DNA from: Pedosphaera sp.
GTDB lineage: Bacteria; Verrucomicrobiota; Verrucomicrobiia; Limisphaerales; AAA164-E04
DNA: 37,566 nt
Direction of reading: 5' to 3'
Assembly: GCA_002686885.1 (NCBI GenBank)
Contig: NYYT01000034.1
Coordinates: 16,872 to 54,437 of the forward strand
Shown here: positions 9,650 to 19,210 of the stretch, one piece after another
Layout of the letters: every line of letters starts with the position of its first letter
How positions within the stretch are numbered: the stretch's first letter is position 1
The notes under the pieces: generated by a model
Told to the model about the DNA's origin: nothing
The model's database searches: none
The model's input: only the letters and a program-made list of their open reading frames with translations
Made by a program: the position numbers and the translations under genes

Positions 9650-12600
9650 ATGCATCGTTTTCTTCGTTATGGGTTGGCGGCCTGTTCTTTTATGGGCGGC
9701 ACCTTCCATCATGAACTACTGGCAGACACCCTACAAATCAACGAATGGTCGACGACCCGCGACGGCTCACTGAGAGACGAGGATGGGGAAGCGACCGACT
9801 GGATTGAACTGTGGAATTACGGCCCTGAGGATATCTCGCTGGAGCGTTATCATCTAAGTGACGAGCTGGAAGCACCTGACAGGTGGACCTTTCCACAGCT
9901 CACGCTCAAGGCAGGGGCCTATCTCGTGGTAATGGCTTCAGGTAAAGATCGGCGCGATCCATCGCAGAACTTACATACCAATTTCCAATTGAACCAAAGG
10001 AGCGAGGCCATCCTGCTAAGTCGACCCGGACAAACCGGCCTCTTCGTAGTCTCTGTAATCGATGGATATCCCGACCAGAGAGACGGGTATTCTTATGGAC
10101 GGATCACCAACGCGGTTACGGAATCTTTTGGGTTTTTCCCATCACCGAGCCCTGGGGAGGCCAACCCATTGAGCTACCTGGAAGGCTTCGTGGCCGACAC
10201 CCGATTCAGCGTAGATCGTGGCTTTTATCGGGAAGCTTTTGTTTGCACCGTGACCACCCAAACCCCGGGAGCGACCCTTGTTTACACCACTGACGGCACC
10301 TTACCTGGCGCCCGAAACGGTGTTGCCTTTCAAGCTGCAAGTCCCGAGAGCGCCCCAGAACTGAAGCTGGAGATTGGAACCACGACGACGCTGAGGGTGA
10401 TGGCCATGAAGGAAAACATGGAACCCTCCAACATCGATACCCAAACCTATGTTTTCCCTGATGACATCCTGGCTCAAGATGGCGAGGGGGCACCTTATGC
10501 CCAAAGCATGCGATGGGGACATGCCGGACCCGACTGGGCCATGGACCCCAAAATCACACAGCATGCCGACCCGGAGATTCGCCCGGAGATCACTGATTTC
10601 TACCGACTCCCCTCCCTTTCCATCGTGATGGATTTTGAGGACATGTTTGGCAATGGGGGTATCTACATTGCCGGGCAAAGTGTCGAAAAACCTATTTCCA
10701 TGGAATGGATCAATCCCCATACCGATGTGAATCTTCCCAATGAAGTTCCTGGTTTCCAGACCGATGGAACGGTCCAGATTGTGGGAGGCAGCAGTCCAAA
10801 CCGCTGGAAATCGGACAAACTGTCCATGCGACTGAAATTCGATCGCGATCTGAAATACCCTATATTTGGAGAGGAGGCTGCGACGCGCTTTGACACCTTG
10901 GTCGTCGATGCGCGACTCAACAATGTGTGGCATTACGGGGGAGGATCCCAACCGGTGGCCCAGCGCGATCGCGCCCAGTACGTCAGGGATCTGTATGCCG
11001 CAAATCTCCACAATGCCATGGGAGGTCTATCCCCTCATGGGGCTCATGCTCATGTGTTTATCAATGGGATTTATTGGGGCATTCATACCCTTCACGAGCG
11101 CCCAGATGACAACTTTGCTGCCAGTTACTTCGGGGGAGAAAATGAAGAATACGACGTCATTAAGCATCGCACTTCAACTGTCGTGCAGGGGTCCAACCGA
11201 TCCTACCTCGCCTTGATGCGCCTGGCTGATCAAGATCTCACCCAAGCCGATCATTGGGCTTCCATGCAATCGCTACTGGAGATCGATGACTTCATTGATT
11301 ACATGCTGATGAACTACTACATCGGTAATGGTGATTGGGCTCACCATAATTGGTATGCCAGCTATCGCCGCGACGATCCAAATGGTAGGTGGCGATACCA
11401 CAGCTGGGATGCCGAAAAAGGGCTTCAGAGTGTTCAAGACAACGTCACACGTAAAGATAACAGCGGTGGCCCGACCCATCTCCATCATCGTTTGATTCAA
11501 AACCCCTCCTATCGCATGCGCTTTGCCGATCGCGCCTATGAACACCTGAGGCGAGGCACGCTCACCCCAGAAATGGCAGAAAGTATCTACCGGACGACCA
11601 GTGACCCCATTGAGTGGCCCATCCGTTTGGAATCTGCGCGATGGGGAGACAACCAACGGGCGCAGCCCTACGATCGTTTGGACTGGGTGGAAATCCGTGA
11701 TTCTTTATTTGGCGAATCACAGAATCGCTCCTTGCCAACCTTTGATTATTTTTCCCGCCGCAGTGAGATTGTTCTCAACCAGTTCCGATCAAGGAATTGG
11801 ATCCCATCGATCGATCCTCCCACCTTCAGCCAACAGGGAGGCCCACTGGCATCGACAAGCTCCTTGACCATGCAGTCAGGCGGAGGGACCATCTTCTACA
11901 CACTGGATGGCACCGACCCCATGGGGCAGCAACCCGTAGTCCTTTCTCGGCAAATCAAGACACTGGTCTCAGAATCGGCTACCAAAAAAGCCTACATGCC
12001 CGAAAACAACACTCTGGACGGCTCTTGGTTTGAGGTAGGTTTCAACGATGCTGATTGGCCTTCCGGTCAGGCAGGCGCGGGGTATGAAAATGGATCTGGC
12101 TACGATGATTTCATCGCTCCCTCCTTGAACTTCTCAGAGGCTGTCTCCAGCCAAAACGCAGAAACCATTTACATGCGAACTCATTTCACGCTGGAAGAGG
12201 TTCCCTCCTTTGATCAGCTTACGTTGGAGGTGCGCTATGACGATGGCTTCATTGCTTATTTAAACGGAAAAGAGGTCGCCAGGTCGAATGCTCCGGGAAA
12301 CAGGGGTACGCCTGCCGCATGGAACGCCTCCGCTTCTGCCAGCCACAATGACACCCAGGCTGCGGTTTTCGAAGCCGTGGACATCACTGCTGAAGGCCTG
12401 AATGTATTGCGCCCGGGAGACAATGTACTGGCCATTCATGGACTAAATGTCTCCAATTCGAGCAGTGATTTTCTCATTTGGCCACGCCTGACCGCTTCCA
12501 CCACACTCACTGAAGAACCCACCGGTCAGGATCAGGCAGTTTTCCGTTACGAAAACCCCATCCTGCTGCAGGCTTCCGCCCGCCTCAAGGCGCGCTCTTT

Positions 12601-14416
12601 TGATGGGGTCCAATGGTCTCCCCTGAATCAGGCCCAATTCTTGATCAATGCCGTTCCAGCCACTGCTCAAAACCTGTTATTGACACAGATTCATTACCAC
12701 CCAGCGGCACCCTCGGGTGAAGAGATGGCGCTCGGTTTTGACCAACGAAGTGACTTTGAGTTCCTTCAAATCAAGAATGTCAGCCAGAAACCGGTCGATC
12801 TTCGAGAGGTCGCCTTTACCGATGGCATTACCTTCCATTTCCAGGACGACAGCTTCCTTCACGAGTTACCTGCGGGCGCCAAATGCGTGGTGGTGGCCGA
12901 TCCGGATGCCTTTCGCTTTCGGTTCGGTTCTCAGGAAACGATTGCGGGGATGTTTCAGCAACAGACCAACCTTTCCAATGCGGGCGAACGACTGCAGGCG
13001 ACCGGGTCTGGTGGAAACCCGCTTTGGGACCTCACCTATGACGATCAGGAACCCTGGCCAACACTAGCAGATGGCCAAGGGTATTATTTGTCCCGCTTGT
13101 CTCCGACCCTCTTTCCCGATGCAAACAGTTCATCGGCATGGGAAGCCGTTCAGGCTGCTACAGATCGGACGCTTCCCCCGCCCCCTTCCATTTCACTCCT
13201 TCTACCGGATGAACAGACATCGGTTGCCCAAGGTCAAAATGTCAACATCTCGGCCAATATTGCCTCATCCCAGAACATCCCCATGGCCCGACTGGAGTGC
13301 TTGATTGATGGTGTGTCCATTGGCGAACTGTTGGGTCCGCCCTATCTCTGGAATTGGAAACCAGAACAATCGGGTGCACACCTCCTGCAAATCCAGGGTT
13401 GGGATGTTTACGGGCAATATGGGGTCTCTGAAGAGGTGCGCCTCATCGTCATCCCTCACACCGGCCCGTCCAGTGCACGCATCGCCTGGGTCAGCTTTCA
13501 CACCGATGAAACCACCGCATCGAATGCTGCGAGAGCGGCAGGAATGACCGAAGCGCCAGATGCCCTCTACACCCGGTTGCTCACCAGGGATGGGCACGAA
13601 GTCTACCGCATTGCAACTACCTCCACTCCCGATAAAGCCTTACTCGAATCGTATGATTTAGTCATCGTGAGTCGTTCTGTTGCCAGCGGAGACTACGCCT
13701 CAGATGCCCAAGGGATGACGTGGCACGGCCTCGAGACTCCCGTGATGATTCTGGGGGGTTATGTCACGCGAAGCAATCGACTCGGCTTCACGCAGGGCAC
13801 CACCATGATCGACGCGGCCAGCCCCATATACCTGAAGGCCAAAGATCCCTCTCATCCCGTTTTCGAGGGAATCCCATTGGATGCCGAGCATGTCATGGCG
13901 CAACTTTATGCAGAACCTGTTACCTGGAACGGCATCTTACAGAGAGGTATTTCCGTCAACCAGAACCCCCTTTCCGGGGGCGGCAAAATCATTGCGACCC
14001 ACGCAACGCACTCTGACAACGCCTATGGAGGAATCGTGATCGCCGAATGGGAGCCAGGCGCCACGATAAGCCATGCGGCTGAACCGATATTGGCGGAGAA
14101 GAGAATGCTTTTCCTGACCGGAAGCCGTGAGGCATCGGGGTTCACCTCCGAAACGGCCGGTCTATTTGACCTCACCGAAGAGGGTGGGCACATGTTTCTC
14201 AATGCCGTGCGATATCTCACTCAAACCCAGGAAACAACGTTCGATTCTTTTGTGGCCATCGAAAAGTCTGATCAAGGTTTGTGGATCTACTACACGGGGA
14301 CCTTACAAAGCGCCCCAAGTTTGCAGGGACCTTGGAGCGATGTCGTGGGAAGCCAGAACCCACATCCGCTGGGGAGTCCCATGGATCGGATGCAATTTTT
14401 CCGCTCGGTCCCCTGA
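9650..14416 (+). CDS. Giant secreted multidomain protein: lamin-tail domains, Fn3/chitobiase-like linkers, CotH kinase-like domain, beta-sandwich, Ig-like domain and unknown C-terminal domains
   Basis: LTD motifs LQINE...DWIELWN and TQIHYHP...EFLQIKN; FSVDRGFY...YTTDG and IFYTLDGTDP linkers; CotH motifs FINGIYWG, NGDWAHHNWY and WDAE; YDDGFIAYLNG. ATG 9650 is preferred over TTG 9623. Confidence 0.85.
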   Translation: MHRFLRYGLAACSFMGGTFHHELLADTLQINEWSTTRDGSLRDEDGEATDWIELWNYGPEDISLERYHLSDELEAPDRWTFPQLTLKAGAYLVVMASGKDRRDPSQNLHTNFQLNQRSEAILLSRPGQTGLFVVSVIDGYPDQRDGYSYGRITNAVTESFGFFPSPSPGEANPLSYLEGFVADTRFSVDRGFYREAFVCTVTTQTPGATLVYTTDGTLPGARNGVAFQAASPESAPELKLEIGTTTTLRVMAMKENMEPSNIDTQTYVFPDDILAQDGEGAPYAQSMRWGHAGPDWAMDPKITQHADPEIRPEITDFYRLPSLSIVMDFEDMFGNGGIYIAGQSVEKPISMEWINPHTDVNLPNEVPGFQTDGTVQIVGGSSPNRWKSDKLSMRLKFDRDLKYPIFGEEAATRFDTLVVDARLNNVWHYGGGSQPVAQRDRAQYVRDLYAANLHNAMGGLSPHGAHAHVFINGIYWGIHTLHERPDDNFAASYFGGENEEYDVIKHRTSTVVQGSNRSYLALMRLADQDLTQADHWASMQSLLEIDDFIDYMLMNYYIGNGDWAHHNWYASYRRDDPNGRWRYHSWDAEKGLQSVQDNVTRKDNSGGPTHLHHRLIQNPSYRMRFADRAYEHLRRGTLTPEMAESIYRTTSDPIEWPIRLESARWGDNQRAQPYDRLDWVEIRDSLFGESQNRSLPTFDYFSRRSEIVLNQFRSRNWIPSIDPPTFSQQGGPLASTSSLTMQSGGGTIFYTLDGTDPMGQQPVVLSRQIKTLVSESATKKAYMPENNTLDGSWFEVGFNDADWPSGQAGAGYENGSGYDDFIAPSLNFSEAVSSQNAETIYMRTHFTLEEVPSFDQLTLEVRYDDGFIAYLNGKEVARSNAPGNRGTPAAWNASASASHNDTQAAVFEAVDITAEGLNVLRPGDNVLAIHGLNVSNSSSDFLIWPRLTASTTLTEEPTGQDQAVFRYENPILLQASARLKARSFDGVQWSPLNQAQFLINAVPATAQNLLLTQIHYHPAAPSGEEMALGFDQRSDFEFLQIKNVSQKPVDLREVAFTDGITFHFQDDSFLHELPAGAKCVVVADPDAFRFRFGSQETIAGMFQQQTNLSNAGERLQATGSGGNPLWDLTYDDQEPWPTLADGQGYYLSRLSPTLFPDANSSSAWEAVQAATDRTLPPPPSISLLLPDEQTSVAQGQNVNISANIASSQNIPMARLECLIDGVSIGELLGPPYLWNWKPEQSGAHLLQIQGWDVYGQYGVSEEVRLIVIPHTGPSSARIAWVSFHTDETTASNAARAAGMTEAPDALYTRLLTRDGHEVYRIATTSTPDKALLESYDLVIVSRSVASGDYASDAQGMTWHGLETPVMILGGYVTRSNRLGFTQGTTMIDAASPIYLKAKDPSHPVFEGIPLDAEHVMAQLYAEPVTWNGILQRGISVNQNPLSGGGKIIATHATHSDNAYGGIVIAEWEPGATISHAAEPILAEKRMLFLTGSREASGFTSETAGLFDLTEEGGHMFLNAVRYLTQTQETTFDSFVAIEKSDQGLWIYYTGTLQSAPSLQGPWSDVVGSQNPHPLGSPMDRMQFFRSVP

Positions 14417-14445
14417 GGAACCCCCTTTGACGTGGGTCATCCTCA

Positions 14446-15762
14446 TCAGGGTTTTGAGGCAACACCTCGCTTGGATGCGCTCGAGAGGTTGCGCGCAAGA
14501 AATAAAGCCACCACCCCCACCATGGAGCCCAAACTCACGGCAAACGGTGCACTGATGACCTTAGCTAACCAGCCAGCCAGGAAATGCCCGAAGGGGCTTA
14601 GCCCAATAAAACAGAAGGCATACACACCCATGACTCTGCCCCGCATGCCATCGGGCACAAAGCCCTGAACCATGGTGTTGGAAGTGGCAAAAAACACAAT
14701 CATACCCCATCCCGAAATCGCCAGCAAACAGCCTGCCAGCAAGGAATGGGTCGTCCAGGCGAAGCAAAAACTGGCACAAAGGAAAATTCCCAAACCCCAA
14801 TGGGAGAGCTGGAGCCGATCGCCTCTTTCGCGCAACCAGGCGAGACTGACCGAACCCGTAATCGCGCCGACTCCATTGGCTGTAAGCAACCACCCCAGAC
14901 CTTCGGCACCGACATGAAGCCTTTCCTGGACAAAAACTGGCATCAACACGAGATAGGACATGCAGAACAAGCTGGCCACCGAAACCAGGAGAAAGATGGT
15001 GCGCACCTCAGGGTGTCCCCCAATCCATTGCACAGCTTGGCGCAACAGCGGCCTTGTGTTGCTCACATTCGAGACGCTCTGCCTGACTGGCAGGCGCATG
15101 CAAAGGTAGCCCGCAATGACGGCCCCGTAGGAAAGGGCATTGATCAGGAAGCAAATCGGCAAGCTCACCCGACTCACTAATAGCCCGGCAATCGCTGGAC
15201 CGACAATGCGTGCGGCGTTGAACACGCTGGAATTGAGAGCGATGGCATTGGGAAGGTGCTCCTTGCCGACCATATCGACCACAAAGCTTTGTCGAACCGG
15301 AATGTCGATGGCATTGCTGATTCCCAGGCAAACAGCCAGGCATCCAATTTGCCAAAACGCGATGGATTCGCTGAGACTCAGAAAATAGAGAATCAAGGAA
15401 AACACCAGTGCCAAACACTGGGTCACAACAAGAAGGGTCCGTTTGTCGTATCGATCAGCCATCGAACCCCCAAGAAATGTCAGCAGGGTGACGGGAAGGG
15501 TATGCAGGAACCGAACAATCCCCAGGCTCATTGGAGAGCGAGTCAAGGAATAGACCAACCAGCCCTCGGCCACCATCTGCATCCAGGTACCGGTCAGGGA
15601 GACTAATTGAGCAAAAAAGAAGATCCGGTAATTGCGGTGCTGGAGAGAAGCAAACATGCCATCATGGACCGGTTCGCCACCTCCCTCTCCAGGAAGTCCC
15701 TTCCCAGTATCCCCCTTGAATGATGTCGGCAGCGAGTTGGGAGATTTACAGTCATCTGTCAT
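14446..15762 (-). CDS. MFS transporter (MFS_3/DUF894-like)
   Basis: About 12 hydrophobic segments, FASLQHRNYRIFF, GGSMADRYDKR (motif A), NAIALNS and MRGRVMG. The start is uncertain (15804, 15762 or 15657). Confidence 0.9.
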   Translation of the reverse strand: MTDDCKSPNSLPTSFKGDTGKGLPGEGGGEPVHDGMFASLQHRNYRIFFFAQLVSLTGTWMQMVAEGWLVYSLTRSPMSLGIVRFLHTLPVTLLTFLGGSMADRYDKRTLLVVTQCLALVFSLILYFLSLSESIAFWQIGCLAVCLGISNAIDIPVRQSFVVDMVGKEHLPNAIALNSSVFNAARIVGPAIAGLLVSRVSLPICFLINALSYGAVIAGYLCMRLPVRQSVSNVSNTRPLLRQAVQWIGGHPEVRTIFLLVSVASLFCMSYLVLMPVFVQERLHVGAEGLGWLLTANGVGAITGSVSLAWLRERGDRLQLSHWGLGIFLCASFCFAWTTHSLLAGCLLAISGWGMIVFFATSNTMVQGFVPDGMRGRVMGVYAFCFIGLSPFGHFLAGWLAKVISAPFAVSLGSMVGVVALFLARNLSSASKRGVASKP

Positions 15763-15859
15763 CAGGCGGAGGCCTACAGAATCAGAGGGATCCCGGACTG
15801 GCAATACTAAAGGACGATCTCGGGAGAGCGTTGCCAGTTATCTTCCCCTTTGCTAAATC

Positions 15860-17278
15860 TTGGAGGTGGCGCTCACCATCGACGACTTACCGAATCAGCT
15901 GGCGGCATTGATGGCCTCCATCAAGCAGCCAGCCAAGGCCTATTTGGTGGGTGGTTGCGTTCGAGACGCTTTGTTGGGGCATCCAGTCCATGACTACGAT
16001 ATTGAAGTCTATGGCATGCCCATGGAGAAACTCCTGAAGCATTTGCAATCCCGAGGCCGCACCGATGCCGTTGGGAAGTCCTTTGGCGTCATCAAATGGT
16101 CGCCCAAACCAGGCGAGACTTACGATATCGCACTCCCTCGAAAAGAAATCAACACCGATACCGGTCACCGGGGTTTCAGCGTGCATGCAGACCCTTTTCT
16201 CCCGCTGGAGGCGGCTTGTGAACGCAGAGACTTCACGATCAATGCCATGCTTTATTGCCCTCTGGAAAAACGACTGATTGATTTCTTTGGAGGCAAGGAA
16301 GATCTGAAGAAACGCCAGCTACGCCATACCTCTGAAGCGTTTCACGAAGATCCTTTGCGGGTCATGCGAGGCATGCAACTGGCTGGACGCTTTGGACTCT
16401 CCCCTCATCCAGAGACACTGACCCTTTGCCGTTCGATGCACTCGTCTTTTGCTTCCCTCCCGAAGGAGCGCTTGTGGGAAGAGTGGAAAAAATGGGCCAC
16501 CCAATCCACTCATCCTTCCATGGGCCTTTGCTTTCTAAGAGAGGCAGGGTGGTTATCTCATTACACCTCGTTGAATCAGATGATTGGGATTCCACAAGAC
16601 CCGCATTGGCACCCTGAGGGGGATGTGTGGGAGCACACTTTGTTGGTTTGCGATGCCATGGTTGGAGCCGAATCTTGGCAGGATGGTCTCTCATGCGAAG
16701 ATCGTCTGGCGATCATGATGGCCTGTCTCCTCCACGACACAGGAAAAGTCACGACGACAAAGACGATCCTCAAAGAGGGCCTCCAGCGCATCGTCTCCCC
16801 TGGTCACGCTCAAGTAAGTTCGCGCCTCTCAGAGGTTTTTCTCGATCAAATTGGTGCACCTCTGTGGTTGACCCAAAGGGTCCGGCCGCTCGTCCAAGAA
16901 CACATGATGCACTTGCAGCAGCCTACCGAACGAGCCGTGCGCCGTTTGTCCAGACGCCTTGAGCCGGAGTCCATCAGGCACCTCTGTCACTTAATGCTTG
17001 CCGACGCCAGAGGCCGAGGTCAGGCATCTCAGGCAAACCCCACCCACGTCATGGCCTTGAAAAAAACAGCTGAGAAACTCGAAGTCACCCATGGCGCCCC
17101 AAAGCCACTTGTTCAGGGAAAGCAGCTGCTGAGCATGGGGTATCCACCGGGAAAGGAAATGGGGCGACTCCTTACCAAGGTTTATGACCAGCAAATTGAG
17201 CAAGGGTGGAGCCAAAGGCAAAGTGCTCTGACCTGGCTTTTGGAGGCCTACCCACCACCTCAAGAGGCCTCTTCTTGA
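15860..17278 (+). CDS. cca: Class II CCA tRNA nucleotidyltransferase with HD domain
   Basis: LVGGCVRD, DYDIE, RRDFTINA, EDPLR, ERLWEEW, HPEGDVWEH and LLHDTGK. The start is TTG or a nearby GTG. Confidence 0.88.
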   Translation: MEVALTIDDLPNQLAALMASIKQPAKAYLVGGCVRDALLGHPVHDYDIEVYGMPMEKLLKHLQSRGRTDAVGKSFGVIKWSPKPGETYDIALPRKEINTDTGHRGFSVHADPFLPLEAACERRDFTINAMLYCPLEKRLIDFFGGKEDLKKRQLRHTSEAFHEDPLRVMRGMQLAGRFGLSPHPETLTLCRSMHSSFASLPKERLWEEWKKWATQSTHPSMGLCFLREAGWLSHYTSLNQMIGIPQDPHWHPEGDVWEHTLLVCDAMVGAESWQDGLSCEDRLAIMMACLLHDTGKVTTTKTILKEGLQRIVSPGHAQVSSRLSEVFLDQIGAPLWLTQRVRPLVQEHMMHLQQPTERAVRRLSRRLEPESIRHLCHLMLADARGRGQASQANPTHVMALKKTAEKLEVTHGAPKPLVQGKQLLSMGYPPGKEMGRLLTKVYDQQIEQGWSQRQSALTWLLEAYPPPQEASS

Positions 17279-17293
17279 ATCTGACCACCGTTT

Positions 17294-17881
17294 TCAGTCA
17301 AAAAGTTTCAACATTTCCTCGCGAGTCTTTTCGATACGATCGATGTCCAGAGGCTGTTGCATGGGGGTAAACAGGACGGCATTCAACAAGTCGTAAATGC
17401 CTTTGGCCAATGGCCATGGCAGTCGCAGTCCATCCGGAGGGGTTGAGCCTTTGAGGTTGGATACGCCTGCATCGGCACCATGGCTCAATAAATCCTCAAC
17501 AATCTCAGGGTGACACAGAAACGCAGCAGAATGGAGTGCCGTATCGCCATCCTTGTTCTGAGCATTTAAATCAGCCCCCGCTTCCATCAGAAGATGCGCC
17601 ACTTCAGCGTGGCCGAATGCGGCTGCCATCATCAGCGCCGTACTTTGATTCCCTTGTGGGTTAGGATCTCTCTGCTCCAGATCCGTTCCTGAGGCAATGT
17701 GTCGCTTAATTTCAAGAACGTTATTCGAAAGGGCAGCCATCAGGAATTCCACCGTCGGCGGTCCCAGATCGGGTGATGGGGAGCCTTCGTCTCCCCCATT
17801 TTCCTTTGAGGCGGCATCCGAACCACATCCAGAAGCAAAGCCTAAAAGAAGGCCAAGTAAGAGGGTCGTGATAGTTCTCAT
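17294..17881 (-). CDS. Ankyrin-repeat lipoprotein
   Basis: MRTITTLLLGLLLGFASGC lipobox; ankyrin repeats STALMMAAAFGHAEVAHLLMEAGADLN and GDTALHSAAFLCHPEIVEDLLSHGAD. The longer ORF to 17950 would run through a terminator. Confidence 0.88.
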   Translation of the reverse strand: MRTITTLLLGLLLGFASGCGSDAASKENGGDEGSPSPDLGPPTVEFLMAALSNNVLEIKRHIASGTDLEQRDPNPQGNQSTALMMAAAFGHAEVAHLLMEAGADLNAQNKDGDTALHSAAFLCHPEIVEDLLSHGADAGVSNLKGSTPPDGLRLPWPLAKGIYDLLNAVLFTPMQQPLDIDRIEKTREEMLKLFD

Positions 17882-17917
17882 GATAATTTTATACGATTGC
17901 CAAAAGTGTTTCCTGAC

Positions 17918-17946
17918 AAAAAGAGGCCGCTCACAAGGAGCGGCCT
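17918..17946 (-). terminator. Rho-independent terminator of the four-repeat Cys/His gene
   Basis: Minus strand AGGCCGCTC-CTTGT-GAGCGGCCT followed by CTTTTT, starting 24 nt after the stop. Confidence 0.8.
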
Positions 17947-17969
17947 GCATAAGAGGAACTAGAAAAACC

Positions 17970-19103
17970 TTACTGAGCCTTGATGGCTGTGGCGGTGAAT
18001 TCTAGTTTGCCATCGATTTCGGCTACGGAACCCTCGGCCGAAACTTTCACCGTAGACTGACAAACCTGGCCGTGAAACTGACGGCTCACTTTGTTTTGAT
18101 CCAAAACATAGAGATGCTCTTTGCCATCGACTGAAACTCGGATGGCATTCTGACAGGTGCGGCTTTTCTTGAGTTCGCACTTCAAGCACAGGGCTTCTCC
18201 CGTCAGGGTTTTCTTCTCTTGCAGCTTGATACTGGAGGCAGTGAGCACGGATTGATTGCCATCCTTGGCCAGAGTGCCGACAGCAATGATGGGAGCCGTG
18301 GAAGAGCAAAGATTCTTGTGAAAACCGTTGCTCGCTTCATTTTTGGCAAAAATGATCAATGTTTCCTTGCCATCAATACTCGCCTGCAAGGCATTCTGAC
18401 AGCTGTCGGACTTGCCTAATTCGCACTTGAGACAGCAACCAGTACCCTTCAGGGTGACGGCTGAGGCGGCAACCGTTTTTGCAGGAGCTGCCTCTTTCTT
18501 TTCGGCTTTGGCCTCCTTCTTTGGAGCCACTTCGATTTTGGTTGCTACAATCTTTTTGATGCCGTTGACCTCAGTGACTTTCCCGTGAACGACCGTCGCC
18601 TTGGGTCCCTGACAAACTTCAGAGTGGTAAGCTTGGCTCACATCATTGTGCTCGATGAAGTGAAGGATTTTCTTGCCTCCAACATCGACAATGATGCCAT
18701 TTTGGCACTGCGCAGTGATTTTGGAGACGCACTTGGTGCAGACACCTGTTCCGGCGAATTGTTGGGGGGCATCTGACTTGGCCTCATCGCCAGCCAAGCT
18801 GATTTTGGTGGCAACAAGCACTTTTTTGCCGTCCACATCCTTAACGGCCCCAACGGCCGTGATGGCTTTGGTGCCGCTGCAAAGATTTTTGTGAAATGCC
18901 TTGCTGACAGCGTTGTGCTCCAGAAGGTAAACAACATCCCCCGACTTGAGTGCATTTTGACAGCTATCGGCCTGCTTGAGCTTGCACTTGGCGCAACAAC
19001 CGGTACCCGTCAGGGTGACTTCAGCCGACTCGGCTTGACTTTCGGGCATGAGGCCCAGGCTTAAACCCAGGCTCAGGCCCAGGGCAATGATTAGATGCTT
19101 CAT
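17970..19103 (-). CDS. Secreted protein of four tandem ~80-aa Cys/His modules (DUF6370-like)
   Basis: Signal peptide (SQA-E) followed by four copies of G..xCxKC-x7-CQN...N..S..(F/Y)H..(L/V)C...G.......A..I. The DUF6370 label is from memory. Confidence 0.8.
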   Translation of the reverse strand: MKHLIIALGLSLGLSLGLMPESQAESAEVTLTGTGCCAKCKLKQADSCQNALKSGDVVYLLEHNAVSKAFHKNLCSGTKAITAVGAVKDVDGKKVLVATKISLAGDEAKSDAPQQFAGTGVCTKCVSKITAQCQNGIIVDVGGKKILHFIEHNDVSQAYHSEVCQGPKATVVHGKVTEVNGIKKIVATKIEVAPKKEAKAEKKEAAPAKTVAASAVTLKGTGCCLKCELGKSDSCQNALQASIDGKETLIIFAKNEASNGFHKNLCSSTAPIIAVGTLAKDGNQSVLTASSIKLQEKKTLTGEALCLKCELKKSRTCQNAIRVSVDGKEHLYVLDQNKVSRQFHGQVCQSTVKVSAEGSVAEIDGKLEFTATAIKAQ

Positions 19104-19182
19104 GATTTTACGAATTGGATAAATTGAGGGCCATATCCCTCAATGAGTTGAATTTGTGGGTTTTACGTGAATATACACGCAG

Positions 19183-19210
19183 ACTATAGCATGTCTATTT
19201 CGGTCGGCAA
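19183..19210 (-). promoter_or_regulatory. Sigma70-like promoter with extended -10 for the four-repeat gene
   Basis: Minus strand TTGCCG-N16-TATAGT, with TGc immediately before the -10. Confidence 0.6.

Noticed and set aside
19051-19085. 12-nt imperfect tandem repeat encoding LGLSLGLSLGL
   Set aside because: A low-complexity signal-peptide core, in frame and degenerate. It is not a phase-variation tract.
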